Source of the DNA: an uncultured Gammaproteobacteria bacterium
GTDB taxonomy: Bacteria > Patescibacteriota > Microgenomatia > UBA1406 > HO2-37-13b
Reading direction: 5' to 3'
Length of the DNA stretch: 64,000 nucleotides
Assembly (NCBI GenBank): GCA_964612595.1
Contig: CAZTFB010000001.1
Coordinates: forward strand, 259,058-323,057
The translations under genes and the position numbers were made by a program. Shown piece after piece: positions 47,453-55,374 of the stretch. Within the stretch, counting starts at the first letter, position 1. Each line of letters begins with the position of its first letter. A model generated the notes under the pieces. It was given only the letters and a program-made list of their open reading frames with translations, was not told the DNA's origin and did no database searches.

Positions 47453-49525
47453 TTAAAGCCCAATATCGTCGGAGATACTCTGCATTGCAGAAAGCGTAAG
47501 TGCGACGAAATCCTCAAGCTTAATACCAAGCTTTTCTTCACAAAGTTTAATTTGGGCGCGGTCAACAGGACGCGCGAAAGCAACCTGGGAGAATTTTTTT
47601 ATGACAGCATCTACGGTAACGGTTGAAAGCTTTCTTTCTGGACGAATAAGTGCGACGGCAACTATGAATCCTGTCAGCTCGTCGCAACAGTATAATGCCC
47701 ATTCCATTTTTGTCTCGGGTACACGAAAACCATTATGGTGATGATTGTGTGAAAAAATGGTATTAATGAGATCTTCAGATTCCTCTCCAGCATCTTTTAT
47801 CCATTTCACCGTGTGATGTGTGTGTTGGGATGGATCAGCCTGAGTTTCCTCCCAGTCAGCATCATGTAATAGCCCCGCCATTTTCCATGTTGGAACATCA
47901 CCGCCTAGTCGCTTAGCCAGGGCTCCCATTGTTGCCTCTACAGCGAGACAATGATTGATGAGATTGCGATTCTTTAAATGCTCATTGAGTAATCCGAGAG
48001 CGTGCTCGCGGGTAATTGTCAGTGGAGTTGATGGTTTAGAGCTTATTACTTGAGCAACAGGAGAAGGTTTAATGTCTTGTTGTTCTGGTCGCACTGTTGG
48101 AAAAAGAATTGTCTCTTTTATACTGTGTTGTCCTGTGAGAAATGCCACCAATCGATCGATTCCCATTCCCCATCCAGCTGTAGGTGGCATACCATATGAA
48201 AGTGCTTCTATATAGTCCTCGTCAAGCACCTGATAATCCTCACCACCCCGTTCAGCAAGTTTCATTTCCTCTTCCCATCGTGCTTTTTGATCAATAGGAT
48301 CATTTAATTCGTTGTAGGCATTAATCATTTCCATGCCATTAATAACCAACTGAAAACTTGCGGACTTTGATGGATCCTTCTCACTAGCTTTTGCAAGCGC
48401 CTTAATCTCGAGTGGATACTCCGTCACATACATCGGACCTTTTAAATGTGGACGCACATGTTTTTTATATAACTCATCAAGCATTTGTCCATATCCAACA
48501 ACCTTGCCTTCTAACAATTTTCTATCGTCAATAATCTTCTGCAGTGATTTCTCATCTGTATACTCGTTAATGTCTAACTGTAAATATTCTATAAACAGCT
48601 CTCGATACGTTTTTCTTTCCCAAGGAGAAGCAAAATCATAGGATTGGCCTTCCGATTCTACCATTAGACTCCCCTTAACTTCTTTAATTACACTGGTTAA
48701 CATTTCTTCGGTAAAGTTCATGAGATCCTCATAATCAGCATAGGCCCAATAAAATTCGAGCATGGTAAATTCTGGATTGTGTGCACGACTAAAACCTTCA
48801 TTGCGAAAGTTCTTTCCTAATTCATATACTTTTTCAAAACCACCAACCAAGAGTCTTTTTAGGTACAATTCAACGGCAATTCTTAAATAAAAATCAGACT
48901 CAAGAGCGTTGTAATGAGAGACAAACGGCTTTGCATACGCGCCACCGTATATAGGCTGCAATACCGGCGTTTCAACTTCAAGAAATCCATGTTCATCAAG
49001 ATATGTGCGCAGTAACGAAATTACTTTTGTACGAGTCAAAAAAATATCTTTGACATGGGGATTAAGTTGGAGATCTAGGTATCGTTTTCTATGTCGTGTC
49101 TCAATATCTTTAAGACCATACCATTCGTTTGGCAAGGGAAGTACGGATTTTGTAAGCAATGTATATTCTTCAGGTATAATTGATAGTTGACCTGTGGTAG
49201 TTCTTCCAACAACTCCCTTAACACCGATAATGTCACCTGCATCAAAAAGTTTTAAGTTTTTATACTCGTCAGCTGAAAACTTTTCTTTATTAAAAAAAAG
49301 CTGCATCTCTCCACTTTCATCTCTCAGATCCGCGAATGTAATATTGCCATGTGTGCGTAGAGAGACTATCTTTCCCGCTGTTTGTACCTCTTTCCCTTCA
49401 GCTTCTAGCGCCTCTTTGAGGGTATGTTTTTTATCAAATTTCGACGCATATGGATTCCATCCAAGCGACCTAATTTTCTCCAATTTCTCAAGACTATTTT
49501 TACGAATTTCATCAATTTGTGCCAT
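47453..49525 (-). CDS. lysS: Lysine--tRNA ligase (class II) fused to a C-terminal HD-domain phosphohydrolase of about 185 aa
   Basis: 690 aa. The OB fold and class II core (FRNEG, GMGIDRL) run to about aa 495. A linker follows, then NHCLAVEA, GLLHDADWE and HNHHH (HD superfamily). Confidence 0.9.
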   Translation of the reverse strand: MAQIDEIRKNSLEKLEKIRSLGWNPYASKFDKKHTLKEALEAEGKEVQTAGKIVSLRTHGNITFADLRDESGEMQLFFNKEKFSADEYKNLKLFDAGDIIGVKGVVGRTTTGQLSIIPEEYTLLTKSVLPLPNEWYGLKDIETRHRKRYLDLQLNPHVKDIFLTRTKVISLLRTYLDEHGFLEVETPVLQPIYGGAYAKPFVSHYNALESDFYLRIAVELYLKRLLVGGFEKVYELGKNFRNEGFSRAHNPEFTMLEFYWAYADYEDLMNFTEEMLTSVIKEVKGSLMVESEGQSYDFASPWERKTYRELFIEYLQLDINEYTDEKSLQKIIDDRKLLEGKVVGYGQMLDELYKKHVRPHLKGPMYVTEYPLEIKALAKASEKDPSKSASFQLVINGMEMINAYNELNDPIDQKARWEEEMKLAERGGEDYQVLDEDYIEALSYGMPPTAGWGMGIDRLVAFLTGQHSIKETILFPTVRPEQQDIKPSPVAQVISSKPSTPLTITREHALGLLNEHLKNRNLINHCLAVEATMGALAKRLGGDVPTWKMAGLLHDADWEETQADPSQHTHHTVKWIKDAGEESEDLINTIFSHNHHHNGFRVPETKMEWALYCCDELTGFIVAVALIRPERKLSTVTVDAVIKKFSQVAFARPVDRAQIKLCEEKLGIKLEDFVALTLSAMQSISDDIGL

Positions 49526-49555
49526 ATTTACATTGAATTATAACGTATCAGGTAT

Positions 49556-49580
49556 AAAAAAACCCCGCCTGATTGCGGGG
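49556..49580 (-). terminator. Intrinsic terminator after greA
   Basis: On the minus strand, the hairpin CCCCGCaatcagGCGGGG (49580-49563) is followed by the T7 tract (49562-49556). Confidence 0.7.
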
Positions 49581-49607
49581 CTACGATGCTCCATGCATCC
49601 TTTGCCC

Positions 49608-50069
49608 TTAGTCTATCTTAACAACTTTATACGTAACTGTTCCAGCTGGAATCTCTACACTGACGGTTGATCCAACTTTAGCACCAAGCAGTGCTTTGCC
49701 GATTGGAGATGATTCAGAAATTTTACCTGTCGAGATGTCTGCCTCAAATTCTCCGACGATATGGTATAGATCTTCACTATCATCCGATTTAACGAGTACT
49801 TTATTTCCGATTTGAACGGTCGACTCTCCACTGTGATGCTCAACAATCTTTGCATTCTGAACGATCTGGTCGATCTCAGCTATTCGACTGTCAATAAATC
49901 CAAGGTCATCTTTTGCGGCAACATATTCACTATTCTCTGATAAATCCCCCATTGCGCGAGCAGTAGAGAGGCGTTGGACAGCTTGAGGCCTTTTTTCATT
50001 CTTTAGCTCGTCAACCTCTTTGAGGAGTTTGTCATAGCCCTCTTGTGATAAGTTATATTGGTCTGACAT
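49608..50069 (-). CDS. greA: Transcription elongation factor GreA
   Basis: 153 aa with an N-terminal coiled-coil carrying the acidic tip (GDLSENSEY) and a C-terminal FKBP-like domain. Confidence 0.9.
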   Translation of the reverse strand: MSDQYNLSQEGYDKLLKEVDELKNEKRPQAVQRLSTARAMGDLSENSEYVAAKDDLGFIDSRIAEIDQIVQNAKIVEHHSGESTVQIGNKVLVKSDDSEDLYHIVGEFEADISTGKISESSPIGKALLGAKVGSTVSVEIPAGTVTYKVVKID

Positions 50070-50075
50070 ATATAC

Positions 50076-50139
50076 AAAAAAATAAGGCTAGAGCGCCTTA
50101 GTTACTCATAACTATACTATACCCCTCCTTTATTGTCAA
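50076..50139 (-). promoter_or_regulatory. greA promoter plus a terminator-like leader hairpin
   Basis: On the minus strand: TTGACA (50139-50134), a 17-nt spacer, TATAGT (50116-50111), then the hairpin TAAGGCgctctaGCCTTA (50100-50083), T7 (50082-50076), and 6 nt to ATG. Confidence 0.5.
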
Positions 50140-50162
50140 ATTCCTAAAGCATGATCTTATAG

Positions 50163-50168
50163 TATAAT
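50163..50168 (+). promoter_or_regulatory. -10 box upstream of ORF C
   Basis: TATAAT lies 32 nt upstream of GTG 50201. I found no convincing -35. Confidence 0.35.
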
Positions 50169-50200
50169 GAGCTCAGAAAAGGGCACAGAAAAGGGGTCTC

Positions 50201-50404
50201 GTGGCAAAAACAAGAAACTACACATACGTAGTCTGCGGAACGGAAGGTTCGTACTACGTTATGCTTTATGACGCCGACGACGGTACCGAAGCCGGCTGCA
50301 TGATGCATAATGGAAAGCCCACCACAACTGAAGATCTAAAGAAGACGTTCACAACACGCGAAGCAGCAAACATGCAGGCTGCTACGTGGGGACATACCCT
50401 CTAA
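50201..50404 (+). CDS. Small GC-rich ORF C (67 aa), hypothetical
   Basis: The start is GTG, with AAGGGG (50191-50196) 4 nt upstream. The sequence begins MAKTRNYTYVVCGTEGSYYVMLYDADDG, and a hairpin lies 5 nt after the stop. Confidence 0.5.
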   Translation: MAKTRNYTYVVCGTEGSYYVMLYDADDGTEAGCMMHNGKPTTTEDLKKTFTTREAANMQAATWGHTL

Positions 50405-50408
50405 CTGA

Positions 50409-50436
50409 TGAGCGGGGTTCGTGCCCTCCCCGCTCA
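50409..50436 (+). terminator. GC-rich hairpin after ORF C (weak U tract)
   Basis: TGAGCGGGG pairs with CCCCGCTCA as a 9-bp stem around a 10-nt loop. It is followed only by TT. Confidence 0.45.
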
Positions 50437-50615
50437 TTCAACTATGCTCACTGGTTTCGTCCGCTCTCGTGCTTCCATGCGCGAAAGCACCCAAGTATTT
50501 AACTTCACTATCTCCATGTGTTATCGCGTATCGATACAGTGAAGCACTTAAGAACATGTGAAGAACCTGAGTCTTTTAACTGCGGGCCTTCACGATTGTC
50601 TGATCAATGATTACG

Positions 50616-50624
50616 TGGTAAAAT
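50616..50624 (+). promoter_or_regulatory. Extended -10 promoter for ORF D
   Basis: TGgTAAAAT ends 3 nt before ATG 50628. It fits better with the alternative TTG start at 50652. Confidence 0.35.
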
Positions 50625-50627
50625 ACT

Positions 50628-50888
50628 ATGGGCACAAAGCGAGGGAGAAAGTTGTTCCAAGTTGTCGAGTCGAAGGATCACAGCGGCTACTTTGTCGCGA
50701 GGAAGGTAACCACTGATGGACGTCCCCATGGTGGGTACGTCTCCAACCCCAACCCCACCGGCCCGAAGAACTGGCTCTTCAAGACAAGCCAGGATGCGAG
50801 GGCGGCGGCGGTTGCCGAGGGACTCGATGAGTTCACCGGCAACACCAATCGCTCCTACGCGAGCCCGCCGGATCAACCGGCGCAGTAG
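50628..50888 (+). CDS. Small GC-rich ORF D (86 aa from ATG 50628, or 78 aa from TTG 50652), hypothetical
   Basis: FQVVESKDHSGYFVARKVTTDG...FKTSQDARAAAVAEG. GGGAG (50643-50647) lies 4 nt before TTG 50652. The strong plus-strand terminator downstream fixes the strand. Confidence 0.45.
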   Translation: MGTKRGRKLFQVVESKDHSGYFVARKVTTDGRPHGGYVSNPNPTGPKNWLFKTSQDARAAAVAEGLDEFTGNTNRSYASPPDQPAQ

Positions 50889-50926
50889 CTCGAAGGACCC
50901 ATTACATCGCCGCATTGTGCGGCAAA

Positions 50927-50974
50927 GAACAGGCGGTGGTCACCGTGCCCACCCACCGCCTGTTCTCCTTTCTT
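50927..50974 (+). terminator. Strong hairpin terminator after ORF D
   Basis: GAACAGGCGGTGG (50927-50939) pairs with CCACCGCCTGTTC (50953-50965) as a 13-bp stem, followed by TCCTTTCTT. A smaller hairpin GCCGCAttgTGCGGC lies at 50909-50923. Confidence 0.65.
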
Positions 50975-51016
50975 AACCCACTACACACATACCTCATGTA
51001 TAATATGCTGTGACAT

Positions 51017-51090
51017 GGCCCCGTCGTCTAGTGGCCTAGGACGTCAGGTTCTCATCCTGAAAATCACGAGTTCGAATCTCGTCGGGGTCA
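51017..51090 (+). tRNA. tRNA-Glu (anticodon CTC)
   Basis: Hand-folded: acceptor GGCCCCG/CGGGGTC, anticodon loop TTCTCAT, T-loop TTCGAAT. TATAAT lies 12 nt upstream. Confidence 0.9.
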
Positions 51091-51096
51091 CACAGC

Positions 51097-51480
51097 ATGA
51101 ATAAATATATATTGTATCCAACCCTGGGCATACTTACACTTGGCATGATCGTTAATAGCTACTTATCCTACCAGTCCATTCAAAGAATAAAGTCACTCGA
51201 GAAAGCAAATCCGTATGCTATTCCATCACCACAAATCGCCTATCCAACTACCCTACCTTTTGCAACACCCACAAACATGATACAACCAACAGACATTATC
51301 AGACCAATGCCCAAGAACCTTCCTGAAGCTATTCAAGAAGCATACTCTTGGCCAGTAATGTCACTATGCAACGACAGATCAGGCTATACACTCTACTATC
51401 AGCTTGATGATGGATCAAACATCTATATTGATAGTAAAGGAGCTTACGTAAGAGGAAAGAAGGTTATCTGTACGAACTAA
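51097..51480 (+). CDS. Hypothetical small membrane-anchored or secreted protein
   Basis: 127 aa with an N-terminal TM segment or signal anchor. It starts 6 nt after tRNA-Glu. I recognise no family. Confidence 0.45.
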   Translation: MNKYILYPTLGILTLGMIVNSYLSYQSIQRIKSLEKANPYAIPSPQIAYPTTLPFATPTNMIQPTDIIRPMPKNLPEAIQEAYSWPVMSLCNDRSGYTLYYQLDDGSNIYIDSKGAYVRGKKVICTN

Positions 51481-51485
51481 TGAGA

Positions 51486-52199
51486 TTAGTCGTTTAAATG
51501 CTCCTTCTTAAAGGTCTCCTGAATTTCCTTGAAGTTTGTCGTTTCAGGCTTCTCTTTTTTCTTCTCCATTTTGTGCTTAATGTATTCAATGATCATGGGA
51601 AGAATCGAGATGCCAATCAAGACGAAGATGGCGGTTTCAAAGTTATTTTTAATAATTGGCAAGCCCCCTAAGAAATATCCAGCAAAGGTTATTGATGTTA
51701 CCCAGATGAATGCGCCTACGATGTTATACGTAATGAAGGTATCATAATGCATCGTACCGACTCCTGCGACAAATGGGGCGAATGTTCGGACGATTGGTAC
51801 AAAGCGAGCAAGGATTATAGTTTTTCCACCATACTTCTCATAGAACTCGCGAGTTTTCTCGAGGTGCGCTTTGTTAAAAAATCTTGAATTGCTCTTTTCA
51901 AACACCTTTGTACCCAACTTATGGCCAATCCAATAATTAACGGTATCTCCCAAAATTGCAGCGATAAGAAGTGAAAAGTACACAAACCAAATGTTTAGTA
52001 TGCCACCTCCGGCGAGCGTGCCCACAACAAACAACAAAGAATCGCCTGGTAAGAATGGAATAATGACGAGTCCCGTTTCAGCAAAAATAATCAGAAAGAG
52101 TATGACATAGGTCCACACACCGAATTGGTTTACGAGCAAGGTAAGATACTCGTCAACATGCAAAATAAAGTTGAATATTTCCATCGAATCATTATACAA
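51486..52199 (-). CDS. dedA: DedA family membrane protein
   Basis: 237 aa with FAETGLVIIPFLPGDSLLFVVG and RFVPIVRTFAPFVAG. Confidence 0.85.
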   Translation of the reverse strand: MYNDSMEIFNFILHVDEYLTLLVNQFGVWTYVILFLIIFAETGLVIIPFLPGDSLLFVVGTLAGGGILNIWFVYFSLLIAAILGDTVNYWIGHKLGTKVFEKSNSRFFNKAHLEKTREFYEKYGGKTIILARFVPIVRTFAPFVAGVGTMHYDTFITYNIVGAFIWVTSITFAGYFLGGLPIIKNNFETAIFVLIGISILPMIIEYIKHKMEKKKEKPETTNFKEIQETFKKEHLND

Positions 52200-52214
52200 G
52201 AATATTAAAAGTTA

Positions 52215-52721
52215 TTACAGCTTTACAGCCTTCATCTCACCTGTTGGTCTATACAGCCACACATAGTCGATTGGCGTTGCGGCAATAATTGGATCTTCGA
52301 TAAGACCCGCAACGAAATTATCTACAGTATCAGATTTTCTGAATGGCCCCATATAAAAGGCTCTGCATAACAAATCATCAGCTTCTTGTTCTTCAGGCAG
52401 GATTGCCATAATGCTTTCTGATGGATCACCAACTTCTGCTTTTGCAACCATATCCTCATGCTCTTCAGGATTACCCTCCTCAACAATTGTATTGTCGGTA
52501 TGCGGAACGACAACATATGCTTCATCAGGTATTACTTTAGTTTCCAAAAATTCAAGCTCCTTCACAATAAAGGATTCAACACTATCGCGTGTCTCATCAT
52601 AATATCTTCGCAACATAGAGACACCCTCTGGAAGTTTCTCAAAAACAAAATAGGGAGGTGTTATTTGTCGACCATCGTTAAACAATACAGTTGCGTAATA
52701 TAGCCTTTTAGGAATTTCCAT
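52215..52721 (-). CDS. Hypothetical acidic protein
   Basis: 168 aa, the longest ORF in the interval. I recognise no motif. Confidence 0.45.
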   Translation of the reverse strand: MEIPKRLYYATVLFNDGRQITPPYFVFEKLPEGVSMLRRYYDETRDSVESFIVKELEFLETKVIPDEAYVVVPHTDNTIVEEGNPEEHEDMVAKAEVGDPSESIMAILPEEQEADDLLCRAFYMGPFRKSDTVDNFVAGLIEDPIIAATPIDYVWLYRPTGEMKAVKL

Positions 52722-52780
52722 ACTGTATTATACGATGCAACTTGCAAATTATGAAGTAAATTGTGTATAGTGTAAGTCTT

Positions 52781-53272
52781 ATGGATGATACAACTACACA
52801 AACAGACGAGGTAATGGAAGCAGAAGTTGTTATGGAGGAACCTGAACAAACTGTCTCTGCCACTGATGCCCCAGGTGATGCCCTACAAATGCTTGATCTT
52901 GAAAAAACTATCAAGAACTTTTATGACGGCATAAAAATGAAGCGTGAAGAGCTAAAGAAGCTACGCGATATGGTAAACGATACACTTGAAACCGACAAAA
53001 CATATGCAGTACAACAAGAGAAAATTAATGAAGCAAAACGCGAACAACAGAGAACAAAAGACCAGCTTATGAGCCTTTCGAGCGTAGTGGAGGCAAAGGT
53101 TGAAATGAAAAACCTCGGCGAAGAAATAAAAGAAATCGATGGATATTTGTCAAAAAATCTACTCAATTACTGGGAGATCACTAAAAAAGATAGTATCACC
53201 ATGAACGATGGAGAGACCTATCAGATCAAACAGTCTGCAAAACTTGTCAAACAAGGCTCTAAACCATCTTAA
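52781..53272 (+). CDS. Hypothetical protein with an acidic N-terminus and a long coiled coil. The start is ATG 52781; the track uses GTG 52763.
   Basis: MDDTTTQTDEV, then heptad-rich KREELKKLRDMVNDTLE...EAKREQQRTKDQL. TATAGT lies 9 nt upstream of ATG. Confidence 0.45.
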   Translation: MDDTTTQTDEVMEAEVVMEEPEQTVSATDAPGDALQMLDLEKTIKNFYDGIKMKREELKKLRDMVNDTLETDKTYAVQQEKINEAKREQQRTKDQLMSLSSVVEAKVEMKNLGEEIKEIDGYLSKNLLNYWEITKKDSITMNDGETYQIKQSAKLVKQGSKPS

Positions 53273-54633
53273 GGTATAAGCTCTAGCTTATGTGTCTCAA
53301 ACAATTGTGGAAGCCTTATATTCAGTATTCCCATCTCGATTATCTTTTGCTGTAACATTTTTCTTGGTTCGTCATCGCCATGTACCAAAAAAACCTGACG
53401 AACCTCTTTAATATGTCCCAGCCATTCGAGGAGCTTTGGCTCATCTGCATGCGCGCTCATCGAAGACACCACTCGTACATGCGCATACACGGGTATTATT
53501 TGTTTAAATATCTCAACCTCTGTCGCGCCATCTGCTAGTGCACGTCCAAGCGTACCCTCACCCTGGTAGCCGACAATAAGGAGTCGTGTTGTTGCGCGTT
53601 TTAAATAATGAAATGCATGCTGCACGATTCTCCCTCCCGTCATCATACCGCTTCCCGCTATGACAACCTTCGCTCCTGGAGTATTATGGATCTTCATACT
53701 CTCATCACCATGTTCAATAATTCGAAGTCCAGGAAAATCAAAAGGATCATCGTTTGAAATATGGTCAGTCATTTCTTTGTTGAACAATCTTCGATATTTC
53801 TTATATATCTCAGTCGCTTTTATTGCCATGGGACTATCGAGGAATATGGGTGTCTCAAGTCGAATCTTTCCTGAGGATTTAAGATGGTCAAGTCGATGCA
53901 GTATTTCTTGCGTACGCTCAATCGAAAATGAAGGTATGAGCAACGTTGCATCTTCCTTTTCGATTATATTAATTTCTTCCTGTAAAACTTTCGATGCATT
54001 TTCATATGAATGCACCTTACCACCATAAGTAGATTCAAGGAGAACAACATCCGCTTGTGAAAAAAATTCGGTTGGCTGTACAAGATCTTCAGGATAATTG
54101 CCAATATCGCCACTAAATATGATTGAACCAATACCATCTTGGTTATAATTATCACGCAAGAGTATAGAGGCTGATCCCATTATATGCCCTGCATCTTTAT
54201 AAAGAACCGTATAAGGACCTACTTCGAATTCTTTGTTGTACTCCACAATTTGAATAAGCGTAAGCACCTTTTCAATATCGTGCTCGTCAAATAGAGGTTT
54301 TTTAGATTCATCGTGAGCAGCAATATGAGCAGCATCACTGAGTGTCAGCTCCAACAGCTCTGCTGTTGGCTGTGTCATATAAATTTTTTTGTGGAACCCT
54401 TTTTGGGTTAAAAGTGGAAGTCGGCCACAATGATCGAGGTGCGCATGCGTTAACAAAAGCCCGATAAGCTCCGATGGATCGAATCGTAGTTCGTCATAGT
54501 TCAGATCCGATACGCTCTTCGGTCCTTGGAACATACCCATATCAATCATAATCGGATCTTTATCATAGCGAGATAACACATAGGCTGATCCCGTCACTGT
54601 ACCTGACGCACCATAAAATGATATTTTTTTCAT
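53269..54633 (-). CDS. Beta-CASP family metallo-beta-lactamase fold RNA-processing hydrolase
   Basis: 454 aa with LLTHAHLDHCGRLP, a beta-CASP insertion and a C-terminal HGD motif (VFLVHGDDE). Confidence 0.75.
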   Translation of the reverse strand: MKKISFYGASGTVTGSAYVLSRYDKDPIMIDMGMFQGPKSVSDLNYDELRFDPSELIGLLLTHAHLDHCGRLPLLTQKGFHKKIYMTQPTAELLELTLSDAAHIAAHDESKKPLFDEHDIEKVLTLIQIVEYNKEFEVGPYTVLYKDAGHIMGSASILLRDNYNQDGIGSIIFSGDIGNYPEDLVQPTEFFSQADVVLLESTYGGKVHSYENASKVLQEEINIIEKEDATLLIPSFSIERTQEILHRLDHLKSSGKIRLETPIFLDSPMAIKATEIYKKYRRLFNKEMTDHISNDDPFDFPGLRIIEHGDESMKIHNTPGAKVVIAGSGMMTGGRIVQHAFHYLKRATTRLLIVGYQGEGTLGRALADGATEVEIFKQIIPVYAHVRVVSSMSAHADEPKLLEWLGHIKEVRQVFLVHGDDEPRKMLQQKIIEMGILNIRLPQLFETHKLELIP

Positions 54634-54642
54634 ACTTTCATT

Positions 54643-55302
54643 CTACATCATTTCCTTTCGCTTAAGACTCACCCATCCCTTTCCACCAATAATGACATGA
54701 TCTATGACCTGTATACCTATTACCTCTCCAACCTCCACAACTCTTGCAGTTAACATCATGTCGGCATCAGATGGCTCCGGGTCTCCTGAGGGGTGATTAT
54801 GAGCGATAATGATATACGAAGCCCCCATCTCAATTCCTGGTCGAAATATCTCTCTCGGATGAGCAAGGCTCGTATCTACTGTCCCTATAGAAATGGTCCT
54901 CTTTGCTATCAAATTGTGACGCGCATTGACATACAGGCACACAAAGTGTTCTTGTTTTTTATAAGTAATATCACTTATGAGCTGCACTATCTGTTCTGGC
55001 TGAGTAAGTGAAATGCTATTCGCGTCATGCACTCGATTTCCAAGTTCTACTGCTGCTATAAGCGATGACGCATAAGCGGGTCCCAATCCTGATACTCTCT
55101 GCAAACGACCCACTGACATTCTCGAAATTTCTTTAAGGCTCAATCTTTGAAGTATCTTACTTGCAGTTTTAAGTACGTTTGTCTTTATGGTACCCGTTCG
55201 GAGAATAACTGCCACTAGCTCTTTATCTGTTAGATTTTTTACCCCTAGCTCAGCAAGTTTTTCACGTGGCCTTTCATGGGGTAATAGTTTTTTTATACTC
55301 AT
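54643..55302 (-). CDS. radC: RadC-like JAB/MPN domain protein
   Basis: 219 aa with an N-terminal HhH and the JAMM motif AHNHPSGDPEPSDAD. Confidence 0.85.
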   Translation of the reverse strand: MSIKKLLPHERPREKLAELGVKNLTDKELVAVILRTGTIKTNVLKTASKILQRLSLKEISRMSVGRLQRVSGLGPAYASSLIAAVELGNRVHDANSISLTQPEQIVQLISDITYKKQEHFVCLYVNARHNLIAKRTISIGTVDTSLAHPREIFRPGIEMGASYIIIAHNHPSGDPEPSDADMMLTARVVEVGEVIGIQVIDHVIIGGKGWVSLKRKEMM

Positions 55303-55374
55303 AGTTATTGATTATCGCCGTACAATTTCGTACTATATGGATTGTACGAAGTTACTATTAAAGAATTATTAATT

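Noticed and set aside
50604-50976. Alternative ORFs in the third island: 50604-50915 on the minus strand (103 aa) and 50716-50976 on the plus strand (86 aa).
   Set aside because: The plus-frame ORF runs through the 13-bp terminator stem. The minus ORF has no SD or promoter and opposes the terminator orientation. Both products are Arg/Pro-rich low-complexity translations typical of off-frame GC-rich sequence.
29641-51090. tRNA genes (Pro, Met/Ile2, Glu) as anchors of an integrated mobile element or prophage.
   Set aside because: No integrase, recombinase, transposase or phage structural gene is present next to any of the three tRNAs, and I could not find a duplicated tRNA 3-prime segment. Only the small GC island near tRNA-Glu remains suggestive; it is reported separately.
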